From: Prevotella sp. | GTDB lineage: Bacteria > Bacteroidota > Bacteroidia > Bacteroidales > Dysgonomonadaceae | Length of the DNA stretch: 30,312 bases | Direction of reading: 5' to 3' | Assembly (NCBI GenBank): GCA_031285625.1 | Contig: JAITVV010000032.1 | Span: 1 to 30,312, forward strand | Part shown: in pieces, positions 1-9,554 of the stretch | Layout: each line of letters opens with the position of its first letter | Position numbering within the stretch: the first letter of the stretch is position 1 | The notes under the pieces: generated by a model | What the model was told of the DNA's origin: nothing | Seen by the model: only the letters and a program-made list of their open reading frames with translations | Database searches by the model: none | Translations under genes and position numbers: made by a program

Positions 1-1358
1 AAAAATGCATAATAGCTCTTCGTATCGAACCATTCATATTTATAATTCAGTGAAGATTTTGAATAGCCACCTTTATCTGCTCCATAAGGATTACCTCCCA
101 CTACGCTATTTATAGCTGCAGCCTGACGATCTGTCGGATTTTTCCATGGGATTGACTTATGCCAGTTCAAACGCTGTGTCACAGGGGCATCCGGACTTTC
201 CGGACGGACAGGCATTTTAAAGGTAGGATCACCACCATAAGCAGGATCTGCAAGCCTTTCTCTCACTATAGAGTCACGTACCCAGTATACAAATTCACGA
301 TATTGCTTATTAGTCACCTCTGTTTCATCCATCCAGAACGGGCTCACTGCCACTAGCTTACGAGGCACTTCGTCTCCCCAAAGAGGATCAACACCTGTTC
401 CCAGTTCAATATTACCCCCTGGTACTAACACCATATTATCACAAGCACGTGCAATATTATAAGGTAAAAGCAAACGAGTTTCGATAGCCGGATCAATATA
501 TTTAGGTTCTCCAAATTTATAAGTTACACCTAGTGTTGCCTGAGCAATACCATTACTACTCTTATCGCCTCTTTGTCCGTCGAATGCATCATCAATAAGA
601 ATTACACGACCTTCACCGAATATCTGCCAGTTTCTGGTAAAGTTATATCCTAGATTCAAACCTCCACTTCCGCCGAAGAATGTTCCTACCAGATTACCTC
701 TGTGAGCTAGACGTTGATAAAGTCCAACACCCACAAAAGGATTCACTTCAAATTTACGAAGTGGCTTGTATCCGCTTATAAGATTAAGTAAATTCACTTG
801 CACATCTCCAGTTATACTTAAATAACGTAAATGTTGCATATAATATTGTTGATTTGGATATTCTCCTTTTGAACCGATTGGATGATATACAGCGATACCG
901 CTTTCATCAACAGCGCTATATTCGTAGTCAACTCCTTCTACCCAGCCCATATAGTCCCATGCAGGGTCTTTGGTTATTTGTTTAAATCCATCACCGTTAG
1001 TTCCATGTTTCCACCATGTGGTATACGTTCCACTCCAACCATCGTTGAAGCCATGCAAACTACCTCCGGATAATTGTGCACGCAGCGTGACGATATTACT
1101 CATCCTGCGTCCCACAGTCAATGTTGGCGCAAGGGTTAATCTACTAGTAAATGATGTGCGATTACCCGCAACTCCATTATCATCTTCGCCGATATACATC
1201 TGCGCTCCTCCTCCAATGGATATAAACCACACTGGATCTTTTAATAAATATTCATTTCGGGAAGGAACCGAATACTGCTCAGCATTTCCGCTCTGAGCAT
1301 AAGAAACTATTGACACACAGAGCAATAGTAGTGAAGTCAGTAAAGTCTTTTTGTTCAT
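1..1358 (-). CDS. Partial (C-terminus runs off the window): signal peptide + OmpA-like outer-membrane beta-barrel fused to a PorK/GldK-like (FGE/SUMF1-fold) domain
   Basis: Manual translation from ATG 1358 is open for 452 codons to the window edge. Starts MNKKTLLTSLLLLCVSIVSYA/Q. Barrel strands: WFISIGGGAQMYIG, FEVNPFVGVG, WQIFGEGR, QATLGVTYKF (ends ~513). Then MVLVPGG (434), FWMDETEVTNKQYREFVYWVRDSIVRERLADPAYGG (from 338), LNWHKSIPW and LNYKYEWFD, which match PorK/GldK motifs. Confidence 0.85.
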   Translation of the reverse strand, partial: MNKKTLLTSLLLLCVSIVSYAQSGNAEQYSVPSRNEYLLKDPVWFISIGGGAQMYIGEDDNGVAGNRTSFTSRLTLAPTLTVGRRMSNIVTLRAQLSGGSLHGFNDGWSGTYTTWWKHGTNGDGFKQITKDPAWDYMGWVEGVDYEYSAVDESGIAVYHPIGSKGEYPNQQYYMQHLRYLSITGDVQVNLLNLISGYKPLRKFEVNPFVGVGLYQRLAHRGNLVGTFFGGSGGLNLGYNFTRNWQIFGEGRVILIDDAFDGQRGDKSSNGIAQATLGVTYKFGEPKYIDPAIETRLLLPYNIARACDNMVLVPGGNIELGTGVDPLWGDEVPRKLVAVSPFWMDETEVTNKQYREFVYWVRDSIVRERLADPAYGGDPTFKMPVRPESPDAPVTQRLNWHKSIPWKNPTDRQAAAINSVVGGNPYGADKGGYSKSSLNYKYEWFDTKSYYAF

Positions 1359-1398
1359 ATGTTTTGTATCAGTTATAGTAACTATATATCGAATGAGG

Positions 1399-1406
1399 CA
1401 AAGATA
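1399..1406 (-). promoter_or_regulatory. Bacteroidota housekeeping-sigma -7 element (TATCTTTG) for the barrel-PorK gene
   Basis: Matches TAnnTTTG 40 nt upstream of ATG 1358; no clear -33 TTTG. Confidence 0.55.
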
Positions 1407-1484
1407 ATACATTTTTTTTAATTTATTATTTATTTTTCGCGTAAATAATCCCTTTTAGGGAAACTAACAATATTTTAATAACAT

Positions 1485-1520
1485 AAAAAAGAGGGATTCT
1501 GTTCAGAGTCCCTCTTTTTT
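1485..1520. terminator. Intrinsic terminator downstream of PFOR (bidirectional form)
   Basis: AAAAAAGAGGGATTCT-GTTC-AGAGTCCCTCTTTTTT: hairpin flanked by A and T tracts, 16 nt past the PFOR stop. Confidence 0.85.
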
Positions 1521-1536
1521 AACAATTTTATTTGGT

Positions 1537-4500
1537 TTAATTCTGCAATTCAGATGATTCGTCAAACTTATCGAAACTACTATTAGCCAAACGCATATAG
1601 CTATTATACCGCCACTGCGCATTGTTTTGAGCTGCTGAATACAGATCTGTAGCTTCAGTAGGATTCGACTTTTGAAGAGAGGTATAACGTACCTCATTTC
1701 CTAAGAATTCCTGGAATTTAGTCCAATCCGGTTCTTTGCTATCCATTGTAAACGGATTCTTACCTTCTTCTTCCAACATAGGGTTGTAACGCCACAAATG
1801 CCAGTATCCACATGCAACAGCTGCTTTTTCTTCATCCTGAGCATGTCCCATACCTTTTCTCAAACCATGGCTGATACAAGGAGAATAAGCAATAACCAAT
1901 GATGGCCCTTTATATTCTTCAGCTTCTTTTATAGCTTTCAGACATTGTCCCTGGTTAGCTCCCATAGCTACTTGCGCTACATATACATATCCGTATGTAG
2001 TAGCGATCATACCAAGGTCTTTCTTACGAATCTTCTTACCTGCGGCAGCAAATTTAGCAACAGCTGCTATCGGTGTAGATTTAGAAGACTGTCCTCCGGT
2101 ATTAGAGTAAACTTCAGTATCGAGAACTAGGATATTTACATCTTCGCCTGTAGCTATAACGTGGTCGAGACCACCAAAACCTATATCATATGCCCAACCG
2201 TCACCACCAAAGATCCAGATAGAACGTTTGATCAGATATTGTTTCAAAGAATAGATTTCTTTACAATATTCACAATTTTCTTTTTCTTTTTCTAGTAATG
2301 GCAATATCTGAGCAGTAAGCTCTTTTGTCTTTTCAGATTCATCTTTATTAGTTATCCATTCTGCATATAATGCTTTCAGTTCAGAAGAACATTTATCACA
2401 ATCCTGAACCTGAGTCATTAGTTTAGCTAATCTATCACGCATCGTAATATTAGCTAAAGCAAAACCTAAACCATACTCAGCATTATCTTCGAACAATGAG
2501 TTTGCCCAAGCTGGTCCTTTACCTTCTTCATTCTTACGATAAGGAGTAGAAGGAGCAGAACCACCATATATAGATGTACAACCTGTAGCGTTAGCGATCA
2601 ACATACGATCACCAAATAATTGAGTTACAAGTTTGATATATGGAGTTTCGCCACAACCGGAACAAGCTCCGGAGAATTCAAATAATGGTGTTGCAAACTG
2701 AGAGTTTTTCACATTCAATTTAGTATCTACAAGGTGAGCCTTGCTTGTTACATTTTTGATCATGAAATCCCAATTATTTTGTTCAGGGAACTGGGTTCCG
2801 ATCTCAACCATCTTAAGGGCTGAGTTACCTTTTTTACCCGGACAAATATCAGCACAGTTACCACAACCAAGACAGTCTAATACGTCTACCTGGATACGGA
2901 ATGCCATACCATCAAATTGCTTACCCTGAGCTTTTAGTAAAGTTACATCAGCTGGTGCTTTTTCCTGTTCTACCGCATCCAGTACAAACGGACGGATAGT
3001 TGCATGAGGACAAACATAGGCACACTGGTTACACTGTATACAGTTTTCGGCATCCCATACAGGAACAAATGCTGCTACTCCGCGTTTTTCATACTCGGTA
3101 GTACCATGATCCCATGTACCATCTTCACGACCAACGAATACAGAAACCGGAAGGTCATATCCACGTTGTGCATTCACCGGACGAACTACTTTCTTGATAA
3201 ATTCAGGAGCATCGTCTTCTACCGGTTTGCCGACAACAATGTCAGCCCATTCTGCTGGAACTTCCACTTTTTCGATTTCGATACCACGATCTACAGCCGC
3301 ATAGTTTTTCTTTATCACATCTTCTCCTTTACGGCCATATGATTTTACAATGAATTTCTTCATTTGCTCTACAGCCAGGTCGTAAGGAATTACATTTGAT
3401 ATTTTGAAAAATGCTGATTGAAGGATAGTATTTGTACGACCACCAAGTCCAATCTCAGTTGCAATCTTAGTTGCATTGATTATATAAAAGTTGATGTTGT
3501 TTACAGCCAGATATTTTTTCACATTATCAGGCAGGTAATTACCAACATCTTCTTTATCCCATACCGAGTTCAAAAGGAATGTACCATTTTTCTTCAAACC
3601 TTTTGTTACATCATAAAGATGCAGGTAAGCAGGGACATGGCATGCTACAAAGTTTGGAGTATTTACCAAATATGTAGAACGGATAGGGTTATCACCAAAG
3701 CGAAGGTGAGAAGCAGTAAAACCTCCCGACTTCTTAGAGTCGTATGCAAAATAAGCCTGACAATATTTATCAGTATTATCTCCAATAATCTTAACTGTAT
3801 TCTTATTAGCACCTACTGTACCATCAGAACCTAATCCATAGAATTTTGCTTCGTAAGTAGTATCATCTACCGAAACTTCTTCTTTCATTGGAAGAGATTT
3901 GAATGTAACGTCGTCTACGATACCAATTGTGAAATCGTTCTTAGGCAAATTCATGCCTAAGTTTTCGTATACTGACATTATTTGAGCAGGAGTTGTGTCT
4001 TTAGAAGAAAGGCCATAGATACCACCAACAATTGTAGGAGCATCAGCTTTTCCGAAGAAACAATCTTTCACATCCATATATAATGGTTGTCCAAGAGCTC
4101 CCGGCTCTTTAGTACGATCCAGAACTGCAATTTTCTTCGCTGTTTTTGGTACGCAAGAAAGGAATGCTTCTGCCTTGAACGGACGGTAAAGATGCACAGC
4201 AACTAAACCCACTTTCTCACCTTTGGCATTCAGGTAATCTACAGTTTCTTTAATAGCTTCCGTTACCGATCCCATAGCAATAATCACACGGTCAGCATCT
4301 TCTGCTCCATAATAATCAAACAGACCATATTTACGTCCTGTAATCTTATTAATTTCAGCCAGATATTTTTCTACTATTTCCGGAATTGCATCATAGAACT
4401 TATTAGCAGCTTCACGGGATTGGAAGTATATATCGTCATTTTGTGCAGTACCACGGGTAACAGGATTTTCCGGATTCAATGCTCTTTCACGGAATCCTTT

Positions 4501-5106
4501 AAGTGCTTCTTGATCAATCAGAGGAATCAGGTCATCCTGACTCATCTCTTCTACTTTTTGTATTTCATGAGAAGTACGGAATCCATCAAAAATATTCATA
4601 AATGGAATACGGGCCTCAAGAGTAGCCAAATGAGGTACTGCTGATAAGTCCATAACTTCCTGTACCGAACCCGAAAAGAACATGGCAAAACCTGTCTGAC
4701 GAGCTGCCATTACGTCTTGGTGGTCACCAAAAATAGATAACGCCTGTGCTGCAAGCGCACGGGCCGAAACATGGAAAACACAAGGAAGAAGCTCTCCTGC
4801 AATCTTATACATATTAGGAATCATCAACAACAAACCTTGAGAAGCGGTATATGTCGTTGTTAAAGCACCTGCCTGCAACGATCCGTGAACCGCTCCAGCA
4901 GCACCAGCCTCTGATTGCATTTCTTGCACTCTGAGTATCTCGCCGAAGATATTTTTACGTCCGGCGGCTGCCCACTCATCAACATATTCTGCCATTGTTG
5001 ATGATGGTGTGATTGGGTAAATTGAGGCAACTTCGCTGAACATATATGAAATATGCGCTGCTGCCTGATTACCATCACATGTTAGGAATTTTTTTTGTTT
5101 AGCCAT
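1537..5106 (-). CDS. nifJ: Pyruvate:ferredoxin/flavodoxin oxidoreductase, single-chain
   Basis: 1189 aa. YPITPSS; EMQSEAGAAGAVHG; two 4Fe-4S motifs (CIQCNQCAYVCP, CLGCGNCADICP); GACSGCGE; TPP-binding GGDGWAYDIG. Confidence 0.97.
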   Translation of the reverse strand: MAKQKKFLTCDGNQAAAHISYMFSEVASIYPITPSSTMAEYVDEWAAAGRKNIFGEILRVQEMQSEAGAAGAVHGSLQAGALTTTYTASQGLLLMIPNMYKIAGELLPCVFHVSARALAAQALSIFGDHQDVMAARQTGFAMFFSGSVQEVMDLSAVPHLATLEARIPFMNIFDGFRTSHEIQKVEEMSQDDLIPLIDQEALKGFRERALNPENPVTRGTAQNDDIYFQSREAANKFYDAIPEIVEKYLAEINKITGRKYGLFDYYGAEDADRVIIAMGSVTEAIKETVDYLNAKGEKVGLVAVHLYRPFKAEAFLSCVPKTAKKIAVLDRTKEPGALGQPLYMDVKDCFFGKADAPTIVGGIYGLSSKDTTPAQIMSVYENLGMNLPKNDFTIGIVDDVTFKSLPMKEEVSVDDTTYEAKFYGLGSDGTVGANKNTVKIIGDNTDKYCQAYFAYDSKKSGGFTASHLRFGDNPIRSTYLVNTPNFVACHVPAYLHLYDVTKGLKKNGTFLLNSVWDKEDVGNYLPDNVKKYLAVNNINFYIINATKIATEIGLGGRTNTILQSAFFKISNVIPYDLAVEQMKKFIVKSYGRKGEDVIKKNYAAVDRGIEIEKVEVPAEWADIVVGKPVEDDAPEFIKKVVRPVNAQRGYDLPVSVFVGREDGTWDHGTTEYEKRGVAAFVPVWDAENCIQCNQCAYVCPHATIRPFVLDAVEQEKAPADVTLLKAQGKQFDGMAFRIQVDVLDCLGCGNCADICPGKKGNSALKMVEIGTQFPEQNNWDFMIKNVTSKAHLVDTKLNVKNSQFATPLFEFSGACSGCGETPYIKLVTQLFGDRMLIANATGCTSIYGGSAPSTPYRKNEEGKGPAWANSLFEDNAEYGLGFALANITMRDRLAKLMTQVQDCDKCSSELKALYAEWITNKDESEKTKELTAQILPLLEKEKENCEYCKEIYSLKQYLIKRSIWIFGGDGWAYDIGFGGLDHVIATGEDVNILVLDTEVYSNTGGQSSKSTPIAAVAKFAAAGKKIRKKDLGMIATTYGYVYVAQVAMGANQGQCLKAIKEAEEYKGPSLVIAYSPCISHGLRKGMGHAQDEEKAAVACGYWHLWRYNPMLEEEGKNPFTMDSKEPDWTKFQEFLGNEVRYTSLQKSNPTEATDLYSAAQNNAQWRYNSYMRLANSSFDKFDESSELQN

Positions 5107-5197
5107 ACTTTTTGTAATAGTTGATTATCTTTTTTTAGTTTACATTTATTTGATTTGGCCGAGTCAACAGTTTTTCAACTATTGGCTCTGTTTATTC

Positions 5198-6391
5198 TTA
5201 ATACAGAAAACCGAACAGCCAAAGAGGGATAACATTCTTATCGCCCTTTTCCAGATTTGCCACTGCATAGAGCAATTCCGGCTTATTCTTTCCTTTTGTT
5301 TTCTGACCTTCCACTTTAAACTTGTATTTTTCATCATCGTTTTCGATGATAAACATTCCACTTTTCGATCCTTTCTTTAATCTGCAGTCGCTATGATGTA
5401 GCTGGTTGTAGAAGAAGGTTTCCCTCAACTCCTGATCATTTACATCCGATATTTTTAATGGAAATATCAAATTGGTATTGTGCATATATACTAAATCCGG
5501 CTTCTTTGGAAATTCCTCACCTTCACGGTATAGCATATTTATCAATCTGGCGCTTCGCAGATATTCCAAATAATTTGTCACCGTAGCCCGCGATATTTCA
5601 CAATCGATGCTGAGCTGGCTTATATTGGGTTTTCCGGGAGCAGACAAAGACAACAAATATAATAATTTTCTCAGTTTTGGTAAATAGGACATTTCAATTT
5701 GCTTGATAGATAAAACATCTACCTCCAACATCATGTTTACCGTTTTAAGTAAATTTTCTGAAAAATTTCTTTTTTCTAGAAAAAAAGGATAATATCCATG
5801 GTGCATATATCCCCATAAATGATCCAAAGGGTTTATTTTTGTGCAAACCTCTTTTGCTATCTCATGATGATTGTTTACAATTTCATCAAAGCTGTAAGCT
5901 TTGAAGTCTTTGCCAAACTGAATATTTAAAAACTCACGATAAGAGAAACCCCGTAAGTTATACACATCAACTATAGATGCCAGTTCTTCATCTTCGCCCA
6001 GCTTATTTACGGTAGAGCCGGTAAATACAATCTTCAATTGGGGAAAATGCTCATAGCACTCTCTTAATTCTTTCGACCATCCCGGATATTTGTATACCTG
6101 ATCAAGTAATAAGGTTTTTCCTCCCCTGTCTACAAACTCTTTTGCAAAACTGGTAATTGACCGGACGGTGAAATAAAACTGATTCATATTGATATACAAA
6201 CAGTCTCTTCTATCCAAATCAAAAAACTCTTTGGCATATTGCAATAAAAAAGTTGTTTTTCCTACTCCTCTTGTTCCCTTCACTCCAATCAACCGGCGAG
6301 ACCAATCAATCTGTTTCATTAACAGTCTGGGGATTACACCTTCAAACAGATGCTCGACTAAATACCTATGTGTCCGAAAAAATGATTCCAC
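5198..6391 (-). CDS. AAA-family ATP-binding protein (AAA_14/DUF4143-like) with a winged-helix region
   Basis: GTG start. Walker A GTRGVGKT; Walker B LLLDQ; FTGS; GYYPF; HTH-like PNISQLSIDCEISRATVTNYLEYL; C-terminal IPLWLFGFLY. Confidence 0.85.
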   Translation of the reverse strand: MESFFRTHRYLVEHLFEGVIPRLLMKQIDWSRRLIGVKGTRGVGKTTFLLQYAKEFFDLDRRDCLYINMNQFYFTVRSITSFAKEFVDRGGKTLLLDQVYKYPGWSKELRECYEHFPQLKIVFTGSTVNKLGEDEELASIVDVYNLRGFSYREFLNIQFGKDFKAYSFDEIVNNHHEIAKEVCTKINPLDHLWGYMHHGYYPFFLEKRNFSENLLKTVNMMLEVDVLSIKQIEMSYLPKLRKLLYLLSLSAPGKPNISQLSIDCEISRATVTNYLEYLRSARLINMLYREGEEFPKKPDLVYMHNTNLIFPLKISDVNDQELRETFFYNQLHHSDCRLKKGSKSGMFIIENDDEKYKFKVEGQKTKGKNKPELLYAVANLEKGDKNVIPLWLFGFLY

Positions 6392-6488
6392 TCAATATTC
6401 AATTTCATTAGTCGTTTTATATAACTTAGCATTACTCGAAATAAATATCGATCCTTACTCCTTACTTAAAACGTTCTTTAAAATCTGA

Positions 6489-6519
6489 CGAAGATAACTT
6501 TTTTTTATGTCATTGCAAA
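6489..6519 (-). promoter_or_regulatory. Probable promoter for the ATPase (and possibly nifJ)
   Basis: Minus strand reads TTTG (6516-6519)-N19-TATCTTCG (6489-6496), one mismatch to TAnnTTTG with canonical spacing. Confidence 0.5.
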
Positions 6520-6632
6520 GTCCAGATAGCAATTTTAATCATTTTTCTTCAAACCTTATATAAAAAATAAGTGAAAAATAAAAAACAGCATATGAAAAAA
6601 GGAATATAAATCAGAAATTCCAGTATTGATAG

Positions 6633-7445
6633 TTACTTATAATATTTTTTATAAATATCGTTGTATGCTTTTGTATCTTTCATTCGTGTTATCCAAGTAT
6701 CAAGCGAATCAAGCAATATCGGGGAGTTTTTTCTTACTGCCCATGCTTCCAGATGAGTGAATCCGATAAATGTAGAATAATCAATTTCAGGTAATGTTTT
6801 GGCCATGCTGGCTGCTGCTTTTTCGTCACAAACAGCAAAATCAATATCTTTCGAGGCTACCATCATAGCCAGTTGTTCTGAGCCATAAGTAGAGTCTTCT
6901 TTAATATAAATGGTATCTCCTATTTCGTGAGAAAGATTCTGAATCCGCAGTATAACCGGCGACTTGGAAGGCACATAAAGGGTCTTCTTAGCCAAATCCA
7001 AATGGCTCCTTATAGGCTCTATATCGTCATTAAATTTTTTCTTCCTTTGTATCAAAACTTGTCGGTTTTGCGCTACAGACTCAGTAAAATTAATAGAATC
7101 GCGCAACTCTGATGTTACCGGAATATTTCTGGCAACAATGTCATATTTACCCTTTTTTAAATCCTCAATACTTTTCTCCAGGCTCGACTCCAATTGAATA
7201 TCAATTTTTAATGAAGTATAGGATTCGAGCAACTGGATAAGATCGTGATTAAAACCGGCAATCGTATCTCCTGAAACATAGTACCCAACCGAATTGTAAT
7301 CTGTTACAATATGCAATACACCTTCAGCCTCTATCTGGGGAAAATCCTGAGATTCTTTATGTGTATCACTTTTACGCATAAAGATCCAGATTATTACCAA
7401 AATAATAACAATAACAGGTACTATAAGGAAGCTTCTAGTCTTCAT
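6633..7445 (-). CDS. Membrane-anchored family-3 substrate-binding domain protein (MltF N-terminal-like, no SLT domain)
   Basis: Likely start ATG 7445 (MKTRSFLIVPVIVIILVIIWIF, TM anchor). Motifs AGFNHDL, YDIVARNIPVT, IDFAVCD, AWAVRKNSP. Confidence 0.75.
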   Translation of the reverse strand: MKTRSFLIVPVIVIILVIIWIFMRKSDTHKESQDFPQIEAEGVLHIVTDYNSVGYYVSGDTIAGFNHDLIQLLESYTSLKIDIQLESSLEKSIEDLKKGKYDIVARNIPVTSELRDSINFTESVAQNRQVLIQRKKKFNDDIEPIRSHLDLAKKTLYVPSKSPVILRIQNLSHEIGDTIYIKEDSTYGSEQLAMMVASKDIDFAVCDEKAAASMAKTLPEIDYSTFIGFTHLEAWAVRKNSPILLDSLDTWITRMKDTKAYNDIYKKYYK

Positions 7446-7452
7446 AATCTCA

Positions 7453-9549
7453 CTAGTTATTAAATCGCCAGGCAATACCTAGTTTTAAGATACGAGGATT
7501 AACCGGATAACGATAAAGAGAGAAAGATTCGCCATTACCTATTCCGTTAGTCAGGTTGTACATCATTATGAAAAAACGTGTATACTTTAAGTGTAGGTTC
7601 AGATAAGCACTGGTAACAGGGAAATTACCCAATTCCATATCGCGCTGGTTATAAAATTGCATTGTAAGTGGGTCGTAACCAGGCATATAATAATTTGAAT
7701 GAAAGTGAGCATCAGCCCCCAGTTGCAGCGTTAAAACCCTTGCAAGTTTGGTTGTCAAATATAAATTAGTATATAGACTCAATTTAGGTAATGGTATAGC
7801 TTCCTGATCTTCGGAATGCTGAAATACAACCTGATTGTCCCAATGGAAAATTCCTGCCTGAAAATTCTGATCCAATCGTACAGAAATCACTTGTACATCA
7901 CCGGTCTTCTGGGCAGGAAGCCCGTCAGCACCATAATAAATATACCCTTTAATATTTTCTACCCCACCACTAATCTTGGTCTTAGAAAATGATAACTCAG
8001 GGAAGTTGATTTCTCCGCCAAGATAAAACCGATGAGTGTCATCGAAATCTCTTTCCCAGTTCCAATATTTAGAAGAAAAATTATTTTGGAAGAAGCTTGG
8101 GCTGATATTTTTTATATATGCTTTTGCTTTTACAGAAAAATCTTTACCCTTTATTTTCAACATAGTAGAAATCTCACCTTCAAGGCGATAATCGCTATTC
8201 ATCAAATCTTTTTCAGCAGTAGCCCTATAGCGTAAATACCTTCCTTTTTCTTTGGATAATACACCTCCTACGAACAATGCATTTTCACTTTTCTTTTCTG
8301 TAAAGCCCGGGATTCCGGAAACAGTCTTACCATCTTCACTTATCATAAAGATAGGCATTGAATACTTTCTCATATCATATTCAATAAATGCAGTCAGGCC
8401 AAACTTGGTCCATTTACGAAAACCCTCATTCATAGACAGGGCGAGTGTATTCTTAAAGGAATAGTAAGACATATAGTCGTCCATATCCGATATATACTTA
8501 TTATTTCTTTTCAAATTTACCCATTCAGAATTATTCCATGCCATAGAATAATAGAGACTATCCATTTCCGCATAAGTTGTGCTTACCCTTCGTCGCTGAT
8601 CAGTATAATGAGTGGTGAGTATAGCGCTGGCTAATGGTATATAATCTTTCTTTTTGCGCACTCCTACAACGCTATCATTTACCTGATATTCCTCTGTATC
8701 ATCACCCAAGTCGTAACGATTGGTCACATAGAGATGACGTCCACGAAGCTTATTCCACGTATTTTCCATACGTGTAGGAATATCCAATGAGTTTCCTTTA
8801 AAATCCTCCCGAATACTCGGATCATCCGGATTAGTTATGTATAAAGGATTGGTGACTCCGCCATTTTCTACATTTGTGAAATTATTGTTATGGAAGAAAG
8901 CATGCATCTTATATTTATCTCCAATGTAGCTAGCATAGAAATCATAGCTAACACCTTTATTTGATAGAGATTTATAAAACCCGCGGGAGTAAATATAATC
9001 GAAATCAAATCCAATGTTCAACTTCTTACCTATATTCATCGATAGTTCTGACTGAAAACGATTTTCGGCACTTTGTCCACCTCCACCACTCTGGTACTTA
9101 ACCTCAGAATAAGGCATCTTCGTATTCAGAAAATACTGATCTTCGGGATTTTTTCGCCAGAAACGCATACCATCGAGGAAAATGAAACGTGAGGTTTCAG
9201 GACGTTCAAAGAAAATCTTAGACTGTGCAGGGGAACCAACATTGCCCAAATATCCTATAGCAACTCCTTTTCCATCCACTTGCATACTTTGATGAAAATC
9301 CAGAACTGCTGAATCACGTGGAACAAAAACACGCTCACCCAAACGAGGTGTAATCTTCCATGCATAGATGTTAGGTACCTGAATTTTCGCTGTATCTATA
9401 ATGCGTCCACTGGTAGGGAATTGAGTTATTTTTGTCTGAATAGAATCTATATTCTGCTCGATTACAAGGGGCTGGGTATTCTTATCCTGAGCTTTCAAAA
9501 CAGGAAATACCGCAAAAAACAAGAGTAGAAATACTATATTTTTTTTCAT
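7453..9549 (-). CDS. Putative porin (Bacteroidota large outer-membrane beta-barrel)
   Basis: Likely start ATG 9549; signal peptide ends LKA/Q. YLGNVGSP, NTKMPYS, ENGG, amphipathic strands and C-terminal LGIAWRFNN. Confidence 0.8.
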   Translation of the reverse strand: MKKNIVFLLLFFAVFPVLKAQDKNTQPLVIEQNIDSIQTKITQFPTSGRIIDTAKIQVPNIYAWKITPRLGERVFVPRDSAVLDFHQSMQVDGKGVAIGYLGNVGSPAQSKIFFERPETSRFIFLDGMRFWRKNPEDQYFLNTKMPYSEVKYQSGGGGQSAENRFQSELSMNIGKKLNIGFDFDYIYSRGFYKSLSNKGVSYDFYASYIGDKYKMHAFFHNNNFTNVENGGVTNPLYITNPDDPSIREDFKGNSLDIPTRMENTWNKLRGRHLYVTNRYDLGDDTEEYQVNDSVVGVRKKKDYIPLASAILTTHYTDQRRRVSTTYAEMDSLYYSMAWNNSEWVNLKRNNKYISDMDDYMSYYSFKNTLALSMNEGFRKWTKFGLTAFIEYDMRKYSMPIFMISEDGKTVSGIPGFTEKKSENALFVGGVLSKEKGRYLRYRATAEKDLMNSDYRLEGEISTMLKIKGKDFSVKAKAYIKNISPSFFQNNFSSKYWNWERDFDDTHRFYLGGEINFPELSFSKTKISGGVENIKGYIYYGADGLPAQKTGDVQVISVRLDQNFQAGIFHWDNQVVFQHSEDQEAIPLPKLSLYTNLYLTTKLARVLTLQLGADAHFHSNYYMPGYDPLTMQFYNQRDMELGNFPVTSAYLNLHLKYTRFFIMMYNLTNGIGNGESFSLYRYPVNPRILKLGIAWRFNN

Positions 9550-9554
9550 TGGTG

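Noticed and set aside
159-1296. Three plus-strand ORFs (159-356, 882-1073, 970-1296)
   Set aside because: Antisense shadows of the long minus-strand barrel-PorK gene, with no recognisable motifs.
1503-5380. Short ORFs overlapping nifJ and the ATPase
   Set aside because: Antisense or off-frame within well-supported genes.
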